NCBI GenBank assembly: GCA_021108075.1
Contig: JAIORP010000171.1
Coordinates: 4,041 to 68,040, forward strand
Source: Candidatus Omnitrophota bacterium
GTDB taxonomy: Bacteria > Omnitrophota > Gorgyraeia > Zapsychrales > Zapsychraceae
Length of the DNA: 64,000 bases
Reading direction: 5' to 3'
Part shown: in pieces, positions 1 through 8,123 of the stretch
How positions within the stretch are numbered: the stretch's first letter is position 1
Layout: each line of letters opens with the position of its first letter
Translations under genes and position numbers: made by a program
Notes under the pieces: generated by a model
Database searches by the model: none
Told to the model about the DNA's origin: nothing
Seen by the model: only the letters and a program-made list of their open reading frames with translations

Positions 1-238
1 AGTCAAAACCTGTAATCCTGTTAAGCTCAGGCCTGATAATATTTTCTGATTTTCCTTTGAGTTTATTATATCGAGCTAAAACTTTTTCTTTTGTGGGGCT
101 AAGCACACAATCGAACCTCCTTAATACGGTCAGAGGTAAAATTACTTTTCTGTATTCGTTACGTTTATACGGGCCCCTTAATAAATTGCAAATGCTCCAG
201 ATAAACTTAACCATTTCTTTATGCTTTTCAATGGGCAT
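1..238 (-). CDS. hsdM: Type I restriction-modification methyltransferase subunit M, N-terminal part (runs off the window edge)
   Basis: Not in the ORF track. Manual translation from ATG at 238 gives MPIEKHKEMVKFIWSICNLLRGPYKRNEYRKVILPLTVLRRFDCVL..., a typical HsdM N-terminal domain. AGGAGG RBS lies upstream. Confidence 0.88.
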   Translation of the reverse strand, partial: MPIEKHKEMVKFIWSICNLLRGPYKRNEYRKVILPLTVLRRFDCVLSPTKEKVLARYNKLKGKSENIIRPELNRITGFD

Positions 239-253
239 TTATTGCCTCCTTAG

Positions 254-281
254 ATATGGGCGCGTTGCAATACGCCCCGAC
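254..281. repeat. REP-like imperfect palindrome between radC and hsdM
   Basis: Minus strand reads GTCGGGGCGTATTGCAACGCGCCCATAT, a GGGCG...CGCCC stem resembling GTAG-type REP elements. Confidence 0.4.
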
Positions 282-998
282 TCAAAACAGTATGCCTTCA
301 TCCGCAAAACTAAAATATGTGTCATTTCCGACGATAATATGGTCTATCAACTGAACATTCATTAATTTGCCGGCATCGTGTAATTCTTTCGTAAAATTCT
401 TGTCCTGTGGGCTTGGCGTAATGCTTCCACCCGGATGATTATGCGCGCAAATAATCGATACCGCGAATTTTTGCAACGCTGAATGGATGATTTCCCTCAC
501 AATCGGCATGGCATGATTTACTGTTCCTGTTGCCGCGTCTTCAATATTGATTATTCGATTGTTGCTATCAAGATACACGACCTTAAACACTTCCGTCTTT
601 AAATCCCTCATCCGCGGCATTAAAATTTCGACAATATCTTTTGCGGATTTTATTTTCTGTTTTCCTTTTTTGACTTTATCCTCTCGAAACCGTTTTCCGA
701 TTTCAAGCGCGGCTTGAATATGAGCGATCTTCGCGTTTCCTAATCCTTTAAATTCTTTCCAATCACGCGCGTCTGTGTGAGACATATCTTGAAATGTTTT
801 AAATTTTTTAATTACTTTTCGTGCCAGATCAACAGCGCTGACTCCTCGGGAACCTGTTCGAAAAAGAATAGCCAAAAGCTCAGAATCACTAAGAGCACTT
901 GCACCCTTCTTCAAAAGCTTCTCTCGAGGCCTGTCATCTTCCGGCCAATTTCTTATTGAATCTTTATGAATCACTTTTTGATTCTCTTTTAATGCCAT
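282..998 (-). CDS. radC: RadC/UPF0758 JAB-domain protein
   Basis: N-terminus RPREKLL..G..ALSDSELLAIL, an HhH region, and JAB motif HNHPGG..PS.QD...DHIIVG. Confidence 0.95.
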   Translation of the reverse strand: MALKENQKVIHKDSIRNWPEDDRPREKLLKKGASALSDSELLAILFRTGSRGVSAVDLARKVIKKFKTFQDMSHTDARDWKEFKGLGNAKIAHIQAALEIGKRFREDKVKKGKQKIKSAKDIVEILMPRMRDLKTEVFKVVYLDSNNRIINIEDAATGTVNHAMPIVREIIHSALQKFAVSIICAHNHPGGSITPSPQDKNFTKELHDAGKLMNVQLIDHIIVGNDTYFSFADEGILF

Positions 999-1124
999 TA
1001 TTTATTCATCCTGGAATTAATAAAAAACCCTAAAAATCCTCGGGCGCTTACTTTTTCCTTTTAGCGCCCCTTTTGTCAAATTTACTTACTCTCGCAATAA
1101 ACACGCAAATCGTACATTTATCCC

Positions 1125-1177
1125 CAATCGCCAACTAATCGCCAGAATCGCCAACTTTTCACCAACTAATTGCCAAC
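1125..1177. repeat. Five imperfect ~11-bp direct repeats, consensus (T/C)AATCGCCAAC
   Basis: caatcgccaac taatcgcca gaatcgccaac ttttcaccaac taattgccaac. Confidence 0.75.
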
Positions 1178-1422
1178 CAAAACATAGCTAATACTACGTC
1201 CCTTGCCTTTTATCTTAAAAACCTTCTTTTGAATAATATCTTTAAGGTCTTTCCTTGCCCCTTCATCAGAAAGCCCTGTCATCTGCCTTTATCCACGTGC
1301 TCAAACAAATTACCGCTGTATATCTGATAATTAGTAAAAGGCTTTTTAAGAATGGTTCCGGGTAATTGCAAACATTTAATTTCAGCTTGTTTAAAAAATT
1401 TCTTTGGCCGTTTTCCGAACAG
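1166..1422 (-). pseudogene. Collapsed remnant of an AlbA/RecG-C-terminal-like ATP-binding protein with a C-terminal winged helix
   Basis: 1422-1279 reads LFGKRPKKFFKQAEIKCLQLPGTILKKPFTNYQIYSGNLFEHVDKGR*. 1282-1166 reads MTGLSDEGARKDLKDIIQKKVFKIKGKGRSISYVLVGN* (wHTH with GxGRSxxY wing). The N-terminus and middle are missing. Confidence 0.65.
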
Positions 1423-1697
1423 AAAATTAGGCTCAATATAATTTCACATTATACCATATTCAAAATTCCAAACAATCAATCTATGCCCCTAACTCAGCCG
1501 GATAGTATTGTTTCTGTGTCTGCGATTCATTTATCCCTATACCCTACCGGAAACATCAAAAACATATTACATACCAATAAAATACGCGACAGAAACATTC
1601 CTCTTCAATCTCATCCCGAATCAACATCCCACACACATCTCACTCCCTATTCCTTTTTCATAAATATAAATCTGAGCACTCTCAAACCAATGCCAGT

Positions 1698-1729
1698 GAA
1701 TCTCCTTGCAGCAGAGCTACGAGGAATTC
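1698..1729. repeat. Imperfect hairpin resembling IS200/IS605-derived palindromic end elements
   Basis: TCCTTGCAGC-AGA-GCTACGAGGA stem flanked by GAAT/ATTC. Confidence 0.35.
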
Positions 1730-1917
1730 ATTCCATTAAATCATTACCAAAACCGATTCTGCTTTTCTCGACGCTAAGGCAAAAATATTGGAATTGAAAC
1801 AGACCAATTCACTAACGGTTTTGGTATAAATCATTATCATGGACAGGCTTACAATGTGCCCGCTTCTTTGACCCCTCAAAAATAATTCTTGTTTTTCTTT
1901 ACCCCCCTATGGACACA

Positions 1918-1926
1918 TGTTATAAT
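1918..1926 (+). promoter_or_regulatory. Extended -10 promoter for the exeA-like gene
   Basis: TGTTATAAT ends 9 nt before ATG 1936, with no SD in between. Confidence 0.55.
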
Positions 1927-1935
1927 CCACGAACA

Positions 1936-2748
1936 ATGTACAAAGAATTTTATCAATTGAGAGAAAATCCTTTTAATATCACGGCCGATCCCCATTTCTT
2001 TTTTACAAGCGCCGGTCATGAGGAAGCCTTTTCCCATTTGCGTTACGGGATAAAACAGCGCAAAGGCATTCTATTGATTACCGGGGAGATCGGGACCGGA
2101 AAAACGATCTTGTGTAAAAAGCTGTTAAATCATCTTGATGATAAAACCAAAACAGCCCTGGTGCTCAACCCGAGTTTTTCCGACGTGCAGTTACTGCGTT
2201 TCATCATCAATGACTTTGGAATCCAGGGCAAATTAAGAAATAAATTTGAACTCATCAACGCCCTCAACCAATTCCTCTTGCAAGAAACACAAAAAGGCAA
2301 CAATGTTGTCCTTGTTATAGATGAATGCCAAAACCTCAAGACACAGCAACTCGAACAAATCCGTTTGTTATCCAATCTGGAAACGACCAAAGAAAAACTT
2401 CTCCAAATCATCCTTGTTGGACAACCGGAGCTCTATGACAAGTTGAAACTCAACGCGTTGCGTCAACTCAACCAACGCATTGCCGTCCGGTATATCTTAA
2501 AACCTTTATCACGCGAAGAAACGGAACGCTACATCAGCTTTCGGATCAATCGTTCTAAACTTCATCCGCTTGAACAGACCAGAGCGACATTCACGAAACA
2601 GGCCATCAATGCGATCTTTGAACAATCTCAAGGCACACCTCGCATGATCAACATTCTCTGCGACCGGGCCCTGCTTGCTGGTTTCGCATCAGAACTGACA
2701 ACCCTGGATCATCAAATCATCCAATATTGCATTGCCGAAGTCGTTTAA
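1936..2748 (+). CDS. ExeA/GspA-family AAA ATPase
   Basis: MYKEFYQLRENPFNITADP start, Walker A GEIGTGKT, Walker B VIDECQ, ILVGQPEL, and PRMINILCDRALL. Start moved to 1936. Confidence 0.9.
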   Translation: MYKEFYQLRENPFNITADPHFFFTSAGHEEAFSHLRYGIKQRKGILLITGEIGTGKTILCKKLLNHLDDKTKTALVLNPSFSDVQLLRFIINDFGIQGKLRNKFELINALNQFLLQETQKGNNVVLVIDECQNLKTQQLEQIRLLSNLETTKEKLLQIILVGQPELYDKLKLNALRQLNQRIAVRYILKPLSREETERYISFRINRSKLHPLEQTRATFTKQAINAIFEQSQGTPRMINILCDRALLAGFASELTTLDHQIIQYCIAEVV

Positions 2749-2770
2749 TTTAATGAAGGACTAAAATAAT

Positions 2771-3346
2771 ATGAGTATTATTAATGATGCTTTAAATAAA
2801 GCAAAGCCGGACGACGACAGACCAAAGGATCCAAAAGATATACCATCGGCTGCAGTTGCCCCAAATGTTACGGACCTTTATAAAGAAATGCATCAGACTG
2901 AAAACACGCCCAAACCGGCCGCCCCCAAACCGGCCAATGGGGCCAAAAACGTTCCACCGGAAGAATTAAAAAAGAACCGCGAAGAGGCTGAAGAAAGACT
3001 GCGCAAACGCCGCACGATTTTAACCGCAGTCTTCGGAATGATCTTCGTGGCAGCCATCAGCATTAGCCTTGTTGCCTTTGTCCCCTCATTGCGCGACAAC
3101 TTCAAAAAAGTTCTCAGTAAAAAGAACGGGTCAAAAAAAAGAAAAATCCCGGTTCGAACCTACCAACCAGGGGACATTATTTTTTCCGGGACAATCGTGG
3201 CAGGGGATAAGACGGTCGCTCTCATCAATGATTCCGTCTATGAAGAAGGGGATACCATCTCGGGGAAAAAAATCCTTTCCATCTCGTTAGAAAAGCTTGA
3301 GTTAGAAGATGAACAAACAGGAAAACTCTCTGTCCTTCGTAATTAA
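2771..3346 (+). CDS. ExeB/GspB-like single-TM protein
   Basis: MSIINDALNKAK N-terminus, one TM helix, and a C-terminal beta domain (ALIND.VY.EGD.I.G). Follows exeA. Confidence 0.65.
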   Translation: MSIINDALNKAKPDDDRPKDPKDIPSAAVAPNVTDLYKEMHQTENTPKPAAPKPANGAKNVPPEELKKNREEAEERLRKRRTILTAVFGMIFVAAISISLVAFVPSLRDNFKKVLSKKNGSKKRKIPVRTYQPGDIIFSGTIVAGDKTVALINDSVYEEGDTISGKKILSISLEKLELEDEQTGKLSVLRN

Positions 3347-3357
3347 TGAATCCGCTA

Positions 3358-4446
3358 TCAAACTAAAAATTTCTGAATCGCCCGCCGGACAACAGGAATC
3401 GTGATACCTTCCTGAACAATGACCTTTCCAATCCGTTGAGGGAGAACAAATCTGTTCTTGCCTGAAATGAACTTCTTATCATGTTTCATGATATCAAGAA
3501 TAGCGCTCACATCCGCTTTCCTGACTGTCTCGGGCAAACCAATTCGCGTCAAAAGACGATTTAAACGCTGATCTTCTTTTGCTTGAAAAAGGTCTATCTG
3601 GACGGCGATATCAGCCGCAATCCGCATGCCTAAAGCGACCGCCTCTCCGTGATGATACAGCCGATAGCCACACACTGTTTCTATCGCGTGTCCGAGCGTA
3701 TGACCAAAATTAAGAATGGTGCGAATCCCTTTTGTTTCCTTTTCATCTCTGAGGACAACATCAGCCTTAATGCAACTGCTTCTTAAGATGACATGCATCA
3801 TCGCCTTCATATCCAGGTTCGCTAAAGCCTCATAATTCTCTTCAATAAAAAGAAAAAGCTCCTTATCAGCTATGACGCCATATTTAACGGCTTCGGCAAA
3901 CCCATTGCGGATCTGGCGGTCATCAAGGGTTTCCAGGACGGTCACATCCGTCCAAACAACCTTCGGCTGATAAAAGGCCCCGACAAGATTCTTCCCAAAG
4001 GGCAAATCGATTGCGACTTTCCCTCCGATAGCTGAATCAATCTGGGCTAAAAAAGTTGTTGGGACTTGCACGAGCGGAACCCCTCTTTTATACGCCGCGG
4101 CGACGTAACCAGCCAGATCGCCGACAACTCCGCCGCCCAAGGCAATGATAAATATTTTTTTCATCGGGGCATAACGCGCGATCTCCTCAAACAAATGAAA
4201 GGCCATTTTCGCGGACTTGCTCTTCTCCCCATCCGGAACTTCAAGGATTTTCGAGCTCATCCCATTCTCTTTTAACCCGAGTCTTAATTCCTTCCCATAA
4301 TATTGATTGATGACGGGATTGGTAATAATAATCGCGTCCTGGCCGATTTTCAAACGGCGCAAATAAGCACCCAGATCAACCAAACAATTTTGTCCGATCA
4401 TAATTTTATACGCGTTTGATTTCAGTGCAACCTGTACTGTTTTCAT
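3358..4446 (-). CDS. aroB: 3-dehydroquinate synthase
   Basis: GGGVVGD, PTTFLAQIDSAIGGK, LNFGHTLGHAIE. Confidence 0.97.
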   Translation of the reverse strand: MKTVQVALKSNAYKIMIGQNCLVDLGAYLRRLKIGQDAIIITNPVINQYYGKELRLGLKENGMSSKILEVPDGEKSKSAKMAFHLFEEIARYAPMKKIFIIALGGGVVGDLAGYVAAAYKRGVPLVQVPTTFLAQIDSAIGGKVAIDLPFGKNLVGAFYQPKVVWTDVTVLETLDDRQIRNGFAEAVKYGVIADKELFLFIEENYEALANLDMKAMMHVILRSSCIKADVVLRDEKETKGIRTILNFGHTLGHAIETVCGYRLYHHGEAVALGMRIAADIAVQIDLFQAKEDQRLNRLLTRIGLPETVRKADVSAILDIMKHDKKFISGKNRFVLPQRIGKVIVQEGITIPVVRRAIQKFLV

Positions 4447-5075
4447 TAAAAGATGACCCCCATTATTTTCCCTAAATATTCCATCGTGGGCCAGATATAA
4501 AATTCAAATAAACCGACTTGAAACAGCAGAATAACGATAAAAAATCCGTAAGGTTCGATCTTTGCGTAAGGCAAAAACATTCGACGCGGGATCAGGCCCA
4601 TGACAACCCGCGATCCGTCTAACGGCGGAATCGGCATAATGTTAAAAACGGCAAGCAAAAGATTGATGAGAATCCCTCCCGTGCAGGTAACGACCCAGGC
4701 CTCTGATAAAGACCAAAAAAGAATCCCCCTGAAGAACAATGCCAACAAAATATTTGTCATTGGCCCGGCCAGGCCGACCCACATCATATCCCGCCGGGGA
4801 TTTCGCAAACGCATAAAATTCACCGGAACAGGTTTAGCCCAACCGAACAAAAAAACATTGTACCCGAAATGACGTAAAATCATCAAAAGCCCGGGTAATG
4901 CCACGGTCCCAATCGGATCAATATGCTTTAAAGGATTTAAGCTTAACCGGCCAGCATCCTTGGCCGTGGGATCGCCCAACCTGTTCGCAACCCATCCATG
5001 GGCACATTCGTGTAAAATGATGGAGAAAGCGATGATTAAAATTTGAGAAATGATGATTATCATCGACATATTCAA
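4446..5075 (-). CDS. Site-2 protease family (M50) membrane metallopeptidase
   Basis: HECAHG, GDPTAK..GRLSLNP, NIMPIPPLDG. Confidence 0.92.
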   Translation of the reverse strand: MNMSMIIIISQILIIAFSIILHECAHGWVANRLGDPTAKDAGRLSLNPLKHIDPIGTVALPGLLMILRHFGYNVFLFGWAKPVPVNFMRLRNPRRDMMWVGLAGPMTNILLALFFRGILFWSLSEAWVVTCTGGILINLLLAVFNIMPIPPLDGSRVVMGLIPRRMFLPYAKIEPYGFFIVILLFQVGLFEFYIWPTMEYLGKIMGVIF

Positions 5076-5179
5076 TTTACCTTTTTAATAAAATTGTTTA
5101 TATTGAAAATATACTACCACACATAGAAATTGGGTCAATATCATTTGTAATTATGGTGAAAAGAAACAGAAAAGATATT

Positions 5180-5953
5180 TTAGAGGACATATTCAACGCG
5201 GGAAACGCTTAAGACCGGATGAGAAAGGGTATGAACAAAGGACTTATCCTCCATCCCTTCAATCTCAACCTTGTGATTTACAAAATCATCAAGAAGATCA
5301 TTCATCCCTTCGATATAATAACGGGGTTGATCATCAACATACAAAAGATAAGCCACATTTTCGTAACCCGTTGTCGCGCTAGCCGTTCTCAACTCACCTT
5401 TTATCACCATCGGCTCAGCAGGCGTTTCAGGCTCTTCGACCCGGGGCTCAGGTTCTTCAACTTTAGCTAAAAACGTATCAACATCCGCGTCTTTGTATTC
5501 CAGGAATTTATCAGCGACCCAACCGAACATCGAATCTAACGGCTCAATTTGCATCCAGTCTTTTTCGTGCGATAAGACCAACACTTCATCCCCGGCATTA
5601 ACCTGACCGAGAATAGAAAAGTTTGTGCCCCTGCCCGCACGGACATTAATGCGCGACCCGATGACAATCCCTTTGTTTTGATCTTCATCAATGATCTTGA
5701 CAAATTTCGCAAAGATATACGCTTTGGATTGCCGCGGCAATCGGATTTTATACCAGCTGTATTTTTTACCGACAACGACGACTTCTGAATTCTCAGAGAG
5801 CCGGATCAGCTTTTCAAAATTATTGCTTTGTCCAGCACGAACATTAACTTTATTTGTATTGATGCGGCCCACAAAAGGAAAAATATCCTGGGCCTGTGCG
5901 AGTGGCGTGAAAATAAAAAAACACAGAAAAAAATTAAATATTTTACGGATCAT
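5180..5953 (-). CDS. Secreted protein with two bacterial SH3 domains
   Basis: Signal peptide ending AQA; two repeats of (V/I)NVRAG...W..I....GW(V). Confidence 0.8.
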   Translation of the reverse strand: MIRKIFNFFLCFFIFTPLAQAQDIFPFVGRINTNKVNVRAGQSNNFEKLIRLSENSEVVVVGKKYSWYKIRLPRQSKAYIFAKFVKIIDEDQNKGIVIGSRINVRAGRGTNFSILGQVNAGDEVLVLSHEKDWMQIEPLDSMFGWVADKFLEYKDADVDTFLAKVEEPEPRVEEPETPAEPMVIKGELRTASATTGYENVAYLLYVDDQPRYYIEGMNDLLDDFVNHKVEIEGMEDKSFVHTLSHPVLSVSRVEYVL

Positions 5954-6022
5954 TGTCTCTTTTTCCTACAAAAAAATTAAAAATGGCAACTTGCCGATAA
6001 AAAAAGTTACCCCTGGATAAAT

Positions 6023-6241
6023 TTACGCGGTTTCTTTTTCTTCTGCTTTATCTTCGTCTGTTTTGACTTTCGTCTTGCGGGCTTTGACCTTCACAATTTT
6101 AGTTTTCGGCAAACCGACAACAGATTGGTCATCTTGCCAAAGACCTTTCTTCATCAGATCCTTGATGCGTTCAATACGTGTTAAAACCGTTCGCTGCTGT
6201 GAACCGGCCGTGTCAACTCTTAATGACGGATGTAACGACAT
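6023..6241 (-). CDS. PVC-superphylum small basic (signature) protein
   Basis: MSLHPSL...RTVLTRIERIK.L...G.W....SVVGLPK pattern with a Lys-rich tail. Confidence 0.85.
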   Translation of the reverse strand: MSLHPSLRVDTAGSQQRTVLTRIERIKDLMKKGLWQDDQSVVGLPKTKIVKVKARKTKVKTDEDKAEEKETA

Positions 6242-6242
6242 G

Positions 6243-6893
6243 CTATAAACTCCTTATTAAACAATCATTATAATGTTTCTTCAACTTCAATGATAACGTC
6301 TGCGCGTCATTTCTTTCCCTAAAACGCCCCACACAGACAATCACATAATCACCTTTAGACAGGACAAATGCGTCCTCCCCTCTATCCTGTAAAATCATTG
6401 CCTCACGTTTGGCATTCTTTTCCAACTTGAAAGAAGCAACTTGCACCGTGTACATATCCTCTAATTCGTCGGCCAAAGCCCCCTCAAGCTCTTCCAATGG
6501 AATTCTTATGATTTTGTCTTTGACTTCTTCAACCTGCTGTTGAATAACGACCTTAACAGACGCGCTTGCCTCTTTAATCTGTGTTTCTTGAGGTTGTAAT
6601 GATACATCATTTTCAAGAATTTGGCTAGTTTTTTTCTCCGGCTGCCCTGAAGCCGCCGTTTTTTGCTGTAGCTGATTAGTATTCTTTGTCAGGGAACGCC
6701 GGCCGTGTTCAACCCCCATCGAAAATAAGAAAACCATTAACATAATGGCGATGATGATGACGACGATCGTATTTTCCCGGGATAGCATAAAAGCCTGAAA
6801 AAATCCCTTACGGGGGTTCCGGTCGACCTTCTGTTCACGTGTTTCCGGAAACAACTCAAATTGAGTCTGATTCTTATAATTTTCATCCATCAT
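6243..6893 (-). CDS. Membrane-anchored SPOR-domain protein
   Basis: One TM helix, a linker, and C-terminal YTVQVASF...NA...Y.VCVGRF. Confidence 0.85.
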   Translation of the reverse strand: MMDENYKNQTQFELFPETREQKVDRNPRKGFFQAFMLSRENTIVVIIIAIMLMVFLFSMGVEHGRRSLTKNTNQLQQKTAASGQPEKKTSQILENDVSLQPQETQIKEASASVKVVIQQQVEEVKDKIIRIPLEELEGALADELEDMYTVQVASFKLEKNAKREAMILQDRGEDAFVLSKGDYVIVCVGRFRERNDAQTLSLKLKKHYNDCLIRSL

Positions 6894-7049
6894 GTTGGCC
6901 GGCTCTATAAAATAATATTTATTCGAAAAAAAATTTAAATGACCTTACCCAACTCTTCCGTTTATATCTGTAGGACAAACGTCTTGTCACGAACTCATAT
7001 AGTATAATTGTAAGCCTATCGCTTAAATAATAGTAATATAATTATAATT

Positions 7050-8123
7050 TTAACAGCTTGCGGGACTCAAGAATTTTCTGAAATTTTTCTTATTAGCTAA
7101 TTCGACAAAGGCGTTCACAACTTTAGGATGAAATTGCGTGCCGCTATTTTGTTTAATTTCGATAATGGCTTCTTTAATGTCCAATCGATTTTTATAGGGC
7201 CGCTCTGTTGTCATCGCCTCAAAAGCTTCCACAACCGCCATGACACTTGCCCCTAAGGGTATCTGGTCTTTTTTCAGTCCTGAAGGATACCCTGTCCCAT
7301 CATACTTCTCATGATGGTAAAGGATAACCGGCAATACCGGCTTGAGAAACTCAACAGGACGAATCAATTCAGCACACTTCGTTGGTTGCTTTCGTATAAC
7401 TTTAAATTCTTCCGGCGTCAATTGGCTCGTCTTGGATAGGATTTCAAAGGGGACATCAATCGCGCCTGAGTCCCTGAGGATACTCGCATAGTAAAGGATA
7501 TTGATTTCTTCCTGGTCCATGCCCAAGGCCCGCCCGAGCTTTTCCAACAGCTTAAAACACACCGGGGCATGGCTAGCTGTCTTAGCCGCCCCCTGCTTCT
7601 CCAACAGTTTCCCGATAAAACGGATACTTTCTAAAATAACCTTTTGCTGTCCTTCATACAACTGCAAATTGCGTATCGCCGTGACCGACTGTTCCCCGAC
7701 GACAGACAACATGTCTTTATCAAATTCACTAAACGGCGGTTCTGAACGTTTCCGCCGGACAAAAAGGGCTCCGACACTATCATCAGCGACAAGAGGCAAT
7801 CCGATAAAATGATCTTTAAAAACCACATATCCCTGCGCGACTTTCTTCTCATCTTTCTTAATCTCCAGCAGGTCCTTCTTTTTATTCAACAAAATATTAA
7901 TCTTGTTATTGAAGATCGCAATCATCACGACTTTTTTTCTCTTTTTATCAAGCAGGTGTATGCTGCAGGAACTCGCCTTGATAAATTGACACAGCAGTCT
8001 GGTCAGCCGCAAGGTCAATTCTTCGACGTTGTAAGTCGCGTTGACCAGCCGATAGACCATATGCACTGCTGATAAAATCAGCCTATACTTTTTGGTAAGG
8101 GTTGAAGAGTTTTTTATGCTCAT
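7050..8123 (-). CDS. GAF-like + degenerate HD-GYP domain protein
   Basis: HHEKYDGTGYPSGL and RPY are retained, but the HD site reads LRDSG. Confidence 0.85.
   Translation of the reverse strand: MSIKNSSTLTKKYRLILSAVHMVYRLVNATYNVEELTLRLTRLLCQFIKASSCSIHLLDKKRKKVVMIAIFNNKINILLNKKKDLLEIKKDEKKVAQGYVVFKDHFIGLPLVADDSVGALFVRRKRSEPPFSEFDKDMLSVVGEQSVTAIRNLQLYEGQQKVILESIRFIGKLLEKQGAAKTASHAPVCFKLLEKLGRALGMDQEEINILYYASILRDSGAIDVPFEILSKTSQLTPEEFKVIRKQPTKCAELIRPVEFLKPVLPVILYHHEKYDGTGYPSGLKKDQIPLGASVMAVVEAFEAMTTERPYKNRLDIKEAIIEIKQNSGTQFHPKVVNAFVELANKKNFRKFLSPASC

Noticed and set aside
57-365. 102-aa plus-strand ORF
   Set aside because: Antisense shadow of hsdM and radC, which have recognisable motifs and an RBS.
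1125-1177. Possible mini-CRISPR array
   Set aside because: The repeats are about 11 bp, adjacent without spacers, and no cas genes are present.
1366-1797. 143-aa plus-strand ORF in the island spacer
   Set aside because: TTG start, no RBS, low-complexity composition and no motif. It overlaps the minus-strand remnant.
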